A stretch of 63,946 nt of DNA, filler included. It is 8 parts of 8 records of this genome, joined end to end, with 100 filler letters (N's around TTAATTAATTAA, not from the genome) between each part and the next. Parts side by side here need not be neighbours in the genome. Positions count along the whole stretch, not along the records: positions 57,084 to 60,616 come from SRR7504441_7501; positions 60,717 to 63,946 come from SRR7504441_7555; 6 more parts are not named here. The stretch is one strand, 5' to 3'. The position numbers were made by a program, and so were the translations under genes. Below the pieces are notes generated by a model, which worked only from the letters and a program-made list of their open reading frames with translations, was not told where the DNA came from and did not search any database. Shown piece after piece: positions 57,308 through 63,946 of this stretch (its first letter is position 1; each line of letters begins with the position of its first letter).

Positions 57308-58834
57308 ATGGCGCGGGTGTGCTTGCGATTGCTGGTGCTCGTGGTGCTCATTGCTGCGGCCGGGGCCGACCGACGACGGCGGCGGCGGAAGGGGGACTCG
57401 TGCGGCTGGGACCACGTGGACCGGTGCTACCCTTCCACCGGCGCCTGCCTGCGCCTCCCGTGCACCTGCTGCAACTATCGGGCCGAGGAGTGGGCGGCTG
57501 GCCAGTGCCACAACTCCAACGGCCAGGCTACAGCATGCGTCGTCTGCTGCGATGACCCTAGTGGCACGGCGGACCCACCGCCCCCGATGCCTGATCAAGG
57601 TGAGGCTGGTGCTGGCAGGACTGAGCGGGTGGGCAGGGGTTGGGTTCGACGGGTCGTACATCGTGGCCTGGTCAGTAGCCCAGGATCTGCTTCGCCACGG
57701 ACCCAGCCCTATCTGTGGCGTGCACCGACACCCGTCAGACATGAGCGTAGCGAAGGAAGCTGGCAGCGTTGTGTTTAGAGAATATGTCTTCAATGGTCGC
57801 ATCTCAACTGGTTGCCGAGACGCCTGTAACCACGGTGTCGGCATCGACCTCGGGAGTCATTATGCTGGGAGGTGCAACCCACGGTTTGTTGACCACGCCG
57901 ACAGCTATGCCCGCACCTTCCTCTGGTCTCCTGCTGCGCAGACTGTGGAGCTTAGGCTCGGCTCCGATGATGGCATCATTGTTTGGGTGAACGGCGAGGA
58001 GGTGTTTGATGATGTGAGCAACTGCCGCTGTTACCAAGAGGACCAGTACCGCGTGAACATTACGTTGAATCAGGGGTCAAACATGTTGCTTCTCAAGGCA
58101 TCCTGCAGCTGAATGCCTCTGGTGGCTGACCTGCTGCCTGCAGATTGGGGAGAATGACGGGCACTTTGGGTTTGTGCCACAAATCGTGGGTGCAATTGGC
58201 AACACCAGTATTTCAATGTTTGACAATTCAAACGGCACTGTTGCTGGTGTTGCAACCTTTAGCTCCCTTGCATTGTGCGTACCTCCTGGTTCATTTAAAC
58301 TACGCTTCGCGTCTGATGGTTTCATATATGACCATGCATCGAATATCACAGTTACCGCAGCTGCTCAACCACCTCGACAATCTTCTTCGCCAACAGGCAC
58401 ACCCACCACAGCAGTGACAACAACGCCAGTGAAATGGATCTTGGGTGATGGTCTTTACTCTGGTAGCTGCCGCAAAATTTGTCGCAAAGTTGGCTCCTGG
58501 TGCGTTCCATCGGCTCTTGAACCAGCTGCAAAGTATGGCAAGCATTTTGGCAGCTGCGGAATCAGATCCGAGCGGCAACGGGCTGCTTCGATTGTTTGCA
58601 GCAGCTGCTGCTGCTCTTGGGATTGACCTACCACCTTTGTCGCTACTTGATGACAGCAGCAACTTCATTGGTCCAACTCCCACACCCAGTTCAACGCATG
58701 CAAGCAGAAGTGTTCAATTCGCACAAGCAAAATTCGGACAGTGCTCCTTCGACAGCCGATGCGCATGCGCCCGAAGAAGACGTGCGCGGACGGAGTCGCT
58801 CCGAAGAGAAATGGGCAAAATACGCAAAAGGTGA
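57308..58834 (+). CDS. Secreted Cys-rich protein with a GSDDG beta-sandwich (PA14/galactose-binding-like) domain
   Basis: Signal peptide. Introns 57600-57636 (GT-AG), 58098-58143 (GC-AG) and probably 58538-58601. Motif YARTFLWSP...LRLGSDDGIIVWVNGEEV...LNQGSNMLLLK|IGENDGHFGF. Confidence 0.75.
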
Positions 58835-59080
58835 GACGAATTTCGACTCGCCAATGTAATTGTTAATATGCAAGACTGGTCTCAACTTGTTCATTGAACT
58901 AAATGTCTCTCGCGAGTCAGATTCGTCAATATCATGTCATTAACTGAATGAAACTCGTCAAAATTGTTTAATTGTTCACGTAATGTCGTACATGTAATCA
59001 CCAGGGTCCGCGCGGGGCCTATAATTATTAGGCCTACATGGCAACTAACAATTGGGTCGGGGGGTTCAAACGACTTAAAC

Positions 59081-60178
59081 CTACAGTTCGTTACACCGCG
59101 CACGAAGCCTTTGCAACGGAGTAGACGCTTTGCCATCTCCGGTCTCAGCATGCTCTCCTTTGAGAAAATCATTGCCGTTGTTCCTTTTGCTCTTGCACGA
59201 GAAATCTTCCAACCATCGCTCCAGTTCCGACGCGGACTGAGCTGCCATACAGACGTCGACGGCAGTCTTTAATTGTCTCAGTGCGCCATCACCAAACTCT
59301 TGCGTAATCTTGAGCGCCATCACCTCCAATTCGTGCTGCAGCCGCAGCCGGGCCTTGCGCTCTCGATCCAGCTCTGCTTCGACTTCCCCGAGCCTGCGAG
59401 CCCGAGACTCCTGCCCAGCCCTCTCTCTCGCAATGTCAGCACTGGCTGTGACGGCCAGCGCCTGCTCGGCCCTCTCCCGAGTACGCCGTAGCTGTTCCCT
59501 GTACTCTGCTTTACATCGATGCTCGTTGCTCTCCTGTCTCAATTGCTCTGCACTCGCCTGCACACGCTTCTCCAGTTCTGTGTTCTGCCCTCGCAGCTCG
59601 CCCTGCTCCTCCAGCGACCGGCTCTTCTCGGCCTGCTCGCTAGCCAGCCGTTGATCCAGCATCGCCACCGTCGTCTGCAGCCCACTCAGTTGCCCATCCA
59701 GCTCCCAGGCCCGTCGCTCCGCCTCTGCCCTGCTCTCCTCGCTCGCGGCTAGCTGCTCCCGCGCAGACCGCTCTCCCGCCTGTGCCGCCTCCAGCTCCCG
59801 CTTCAGCCCAAGCATATCCAGCTGCAGCCTCGCATGTTCTGCCCCCAGCCCCGCAAGCTGGCCGCGGGCCTCCGCTTCGCCCGCCCGCCGGCTCTCCAGC
59901 TGCTCCTCCATACCGGTCAGCTCCGCCCGGTTCAGCGCCTCTCCCCGGGAAATCGCTTCGTCCAGCTCCGCTTCGATCCGCTCCCGCTCAGCGGCCTCAA
60001 ACCCAGCCGCTCTCCGCAGCTCCGCGAGCTCAGCGCTCACTGCAGCCAGCCGGTCGGCGCAGTCGCAGCAGCCGGCCGCCGGCGACCGCGGTCGCTGCGC
60101 CAGGGCCGTATGCCGCTCCCGGAGTAGCGCCAGCTCGGCTCGTAGCCGGTCGGCCTCCTGCTCGCCTTCGGACGACAT
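59081..60178 (-). CDS. Coiled-coil protein of unknown function
   Basis: 365-aa E/R/A/L-rich heptad ORF with an ATG start, ending at an AT-rich spacer. Confidence 0.7.
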   Translation of the reverse strand: MSSEGEQEADRLRAELALLRERHTALAQRPRSPAAGCCDCADRLAAVSAELAELRRAAGFEAAERERIEAELDEAISRGEALNRAELTGMEEQLESRRAGEAEARGQLAGLGAEHARLQLDMLGLKRELEAAQAGERSAREQLAASEESRAEAERRAWELDGQLSGLQTTVAMLDQRLASEQAEKSRSLEEQGELRGQNTELEKRVQASAEQLRQESNEHRCKAEYREQLRRTRERAEQALAVTASADIARERAGQESRARRLGEVEAELDRERKARLRLQHELEVMALKITQEFGDGALRQLKTAVDVCMAAQSASELERWLEDFSCKSKRNNGNDFLKGEHAETGDGKASTPLQRLRARCNEL

Positions 60179-60268
60179 CGCCTCCCGTGTGGCGCTGGAC
60201 GAGTGCGTCTGCTGATGCCTGATGGCAACCTCGGCTCAAGTCCGTTGAGACTTCTGTTCTGCCACAAA

Positions 60269-60616
60269 ATGGCCGCGTGCAGGGTCCTGTTGGCGCTGGC
60301 GGCGTGGGCGCTGCTGCGACCGTGCGGGGGCTTCCCATTCCGGGACGATCCCGCGTACAAGGGGAGCAACTGCACACAGCTGGTGCTGGATTGGGGCTGC
60401 GACTCCCCGTGGCCTGTCTATCCCGGGAGGGCCGCCGTGCGCACCCTCTGTCCGGAGACGTGTCGGCTGTGGGGCCGCCTGGGCGGTGCGCCGAGCCGGG
60501 CGGAGCTGCCAGGTGACAAACATCTAGTGCGCAGCAACTGCACCTCTAGTCGCAGCATACCCGTGCCTACCGCACCAGCTCCTCCTTCGCCACCCGGTGT
60601 TGTCATAACAGACATC
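60269..60616 (+). CDS. 5' fragment of a secreted Cys-motif protein (cut by contig end)
   Basis: Signal MAACRVLLALAAWALLRPCGG; C..GC..CPETC motif. Confidence 0.55.
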
Positions 60617-60716
60617 NNNNNNNNNNNNNNNNNNNNNNNNNNNNNNNNNNNNNNNNNNNNTTAATTAATTAANNNNNNNNNNNNNNNNNNNNNNNNNNNN
60701 NNNNNNNNNNNNNNNN
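60617..60716. other. Artificial contig linker
   Basis: N44-TTAATTAATTAA-N44. Confidence 0.99.
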
Positions 60717-62366
60717 GGTCTCCGGGGCCGCAACTGGGCCAGCTAGCCGGCTAAGTCGGCGGGAGCATGCCGTTGCTCGACGGGCTTGCCGGGAGCGCGG
60801 CCGACCCCAACTGTGCGCCTTGCCCGGGCCGGCTGACGGTTGGGGGCCAGATGTGGACGGCGAGATCCTGTGGACGGCCAGCACCGCCGGATGGTACGCG
60901 GTGCAGCAGTCGTACCCGGCCGACCATACCGTGTTCGAGCCGTGCCCCCCGGTCCCGGCCGGTTCGCTCCGGGTGCCCGGGATCCCGGCCTCGGCTGAGC
61001 GGGGGGGCAGCTGGTGCAGGTGGAGGGCGCCTTGCTGCTGCTGATGGACCACCAGATGATCTGCCCGCTCCAGCCGGGCGCCCCGTTCCTCCGGCTCTCC
61101 CAGGCCAAGTATCTCTTCCCCTGGCGGGCCGACAACGCCGGCGAGTTCGTCGGAGTCAGTTTCGACCCGACGCACGAGCCGCCGCTCGCCGAGCTTCAGC
61201 TCGAGCACTTGATCACCGCCGCCGTCGAGCCGGCCCAGCCGTCGGCCGCCATGCTCGGCGAGATGGTCACCGCGCTCTCGCGACCTGCCGAGCCGCCGCT
61301 GCCCGAGCCGTGGCAAGTGCGGGTGATCGGAACTGGCCAGCGCGTCTACCTGAACACCGAGCAGCCGGCCTGCAGCTGGACCCCCCCGGGCCAGCCGGAG
61401 CCCGAGCCGAGCCCGGAGCCCGATCCCGAGGAGGCTGGGATGGCCGCCTGCCGGCTGTGTCAGCAGCTGCAGGCAGTTGCGGCCGGTGAGCTTGAGCCAG
61501 AGGCGAGGGTGCTGCTCTACCGGTTGGCCGGCCGGACCCTGATGGAATGCCTGGAGCGGCACCCGGGCCAGATGGACCGGATGCAGTCGGCGCTTGCCCA
61601 GTGCAAGCGGCAAGTCGAGGCGAGCAACGAGTTGGTGAGCACACCAGACCAGTCGGCTGAGCCGGAGCTGCCGGGCATACGCGCGTGGGGCAACCCCGAG
61701 GGCCGGCTCGAGCGGTGGGCCGGGGCGGCGGCGGCCGGGCTGCGCTGGGGGGCGCCTAAGGTGAAGCGAGCTGGGATCTGGTTCGGGCAGATGGCCAGGC
61801 AGCTCAATCAGCAGGCACTCGAGCACCTGAGCGACTACGGGCAGCACGACCAGATCCAAACCCCAACCGGGCTCCTAATCCTGTCAGATAAGCGGCTACG
61901 GCTGTCGCGCAAGCTGCTGGCCCGGGCGGTCGAGGCGGCACACAGGCTGAGCGGCCCGGAGGCAGACCAGCCTGAGCTGATCTCCAGACTAGCTGGGGCC
62001 AGCCAGGCGCTTGCCAAATTCGAAGGGTTCGGAGGCCAAGACGGCTGGCCCGAGTGCAAGCAAATGCAGGTCGGTCAGATGGTCGGAGCTGCGCACGAGA
62101 TGGCCGCGGAGCCGGAGCAGCCTGAGGAGCCGACCGCAACGCTGGCTGAGAGGATTGGGCAGTCTGCCAAGGCCGTGACCGAAGCCGGCCAGTCGGCCGC
62201 GCAGGGAGCGCTCGAGACCTTCGAGATGCTCTGCTCCGAGTGGCAAGCTGGGCTCGAGGGACCGGCCTCAGAGCAGAGAGACATCCTGCCGTCGCCCCCG
62301 ATCAGCCCGCTCTCGCCGGCAACCGCTCCAGATTCAGCCGACTTGAACGATGCAACGGATGTATGA
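60717..62366 (+). CDS. WW-domain protein, 5' truncated; weak resemblance to spartin/senescence-domain proteins
   Basis: PLPEPWQVRVIGTGQRVYLNTEQPACSWTPP fits the WW pattern; 450-aa final exon. Confidence 0.6.
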
Positions 62367-62573
62367 TTATTATGATTTAGCCACCGAGGCTGGACTTCAG
62401 GAAGTCCACTGACGGCAGGCAACGCGCTTAGGCGCTGAAACCGCTAAATACCGCACAAGTTTACAATAGAAAAATGTATAAAGTTGTGGCTCTTATTATT
62501 AATCGGCTAATACGAGTATGACGTAAAGATAAATGAATAAAATGAGAAACGGTCATGAGCACTACAAGAGCAC

Positions 62574-63946
62574 TCAGTTAAAGCCTCCGCACTCGGCCCC
62601 GGCTGTCGAGGCTTCGTCGTAGTACTTGAACCACCAAATGTTGGATGGGCTCGCAAAGAGCTTGACGACTGAAATTGTGATTGCGGACAGGAGCATATTT
62701 ATCACGCTCAGCTTGTATGGCTGCCGGTAAAACACACTCAGGAACTCATAAAGGATCGGAATCAGCGGCTTGAAGAAGCGCTTGATATACCTGCAAGTCA
62801 TCAGGGATCAGCTGTTGCGGTGCAAACTTGCTGCGTACCAGACATACACAGCCATGAAAAAAATCAACCAGACCATGATGAAGCTGACATATATAATTGC
62901 CCTGATATAGTCTCCATTCGCCCACCCCCAACCATCCTGTGTCCAGATTACTCATGATGCAAGGCACACTTGTGGGCTCGCCTGCGAGTTCTCGTCGTAA
63001 GGGAAGTTCCTCTTGTTGAGGCCCCAGCGAAGCGCTGGAGTGACCAGCAGGAACACTAGATAGCCAGAGATGAGCGAGAGCATCTTGATCAGGTCGTAGT
63101 GCACTTTGGTCCGCCTGTACTCGGCATGGGCGGTTGAGCTGCCCCGGCCGTTTGGATTGTAGTCGTTGGGATGGGGCCAACAAAGAACATTGTTCCTTTT
63201 GCTCTCAAAGCATCCCATCAGAACTGGCTCATATATCTTCTTGACCCAGCACCTAATTCGGGATTCGCTGTGGCTTAAAGTGAATAGCTCACCGAAACCT
63301 GAACCAGATGTACGACTGATGCATGACGGCTACACCAATCGTGGAGATCGGCACGAGCGAGGCCGTAATAAATGCTTTGAAATTGACCCCAAACTCGGGA
63401 GAAACGAAGGCAGTAATCATAGAATAATACCTGGAGCACAGGCTAAGCAACTCTGCTGAGCCTGGTAAGCTCCCCACCCATAAACGGTCGCAAACGCCAA
63501 GATAAAGTTCATGTCCTTGTGCATGCAATCGCATATGTGCTGCATTGCCACCCGATAGAAATTGATGAACACCATGTAAAAGAAATTGAGCAGAGCCTCT
63601 CCATTGCTTGTCGTCCATGTTTGGATCAAGTAGAGGTACAGCGCTGCTAGCAGGTAGTACCTGTCTCGTCCGTTAGTTAGAAATAAACACACAGGTACAT
63701 GAACTCAACCACTATATACTTGCAGAACGCCACCAGTCTCTCCTGTTGCGCCTCAGTCGGCTCAGTCGCATTTTTCTCAGGGTCCAGCTTGTAGCACAGC
63801 ACTGCCCGTCGGTTCAGCAATGTATACACCACGTTGACGAGTGTGCCCAGCAGCCGAGTGAACAGCCCCCAGAATGGCACCCTGCCGCCCATCAGCCACA
63901 CCCCGCCCGGGCACTCACGTCGACTTGTGTGCTCCGTATATCAAAA
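62574..63946 (-). CDS. 3' part of a multi-pass membrane protein of unknown family
   Basis: Hydrophobic exons (ORFs 63677, 63417, 63289, 62952, 62574) join in frame through ~40-nt introns; stop at 62574. Confidence 0.7.

Noticed and set aside
10373-60716. Seven identical TTAATTAATTAA cassettes flanked by Ns, as a repeat array or CRISPR
   Set aside because: They are exactly 100-nt synthetic six-frame-stop linkers. Gene neighbourhoods across them are meaningless, so no cross-contig cluster is claimed.
62937-62981. Additional GC-AG intron in the last gene
   Set aside because: An in-frame GT donor 12 nt downstream works equally well, so it was not counted as evidence.

Overview
The window is not one locus. 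It is eight concatenated contigs (1-10372, 10473-17031, 17132-24097, 24198-30212, 30313-42052, 42153-56983, 57084-60616, 60717-63946) joined by artificial 100-nt N44-TTAATTAATTAA-N44 linkers. The DNA is from a compact, gene-dense eukaryote (a protist; the taxon cannot be named from this alone). It has tiny spliceosomal introns (mostly 35-46 nt), several GC-AG donors, very short divergent promoters and AT-rich, TACGTA/GTAC-rich spacers between genes. Recognisable genes: Sen1/senataxin-type helicase, CRT-like transporter, plant/bacterial-type glutaminyl cyclase, tandem-CH protein, SEL1L/Hrd3, AMPK beta subunit, VPS13, ankyrin protein, GH29 fucosidase, FUSC/ALMT-like transporter, ABCA and DUS2. 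The standout is a kinesin-4-like motor joined by a 41-nt intron, in frame, to a full MAP65/Ase1/PRC1 domain, so the two-protein spindle-midzone module appears as one polypeptide. Other unusual architectures: a TFIIS central domain inserted in the Sen1-type helicase, an F-box fused to an OmpA-like domain, an F-box fused to an SMC5/6-hinge-like segment, and VPS13 with DysF and C-terminal MABP-like modules plus a dispersed repeat in two long introns. All domain calls are by-eye motif recognition and all introns are manual predictions; no searches were run.
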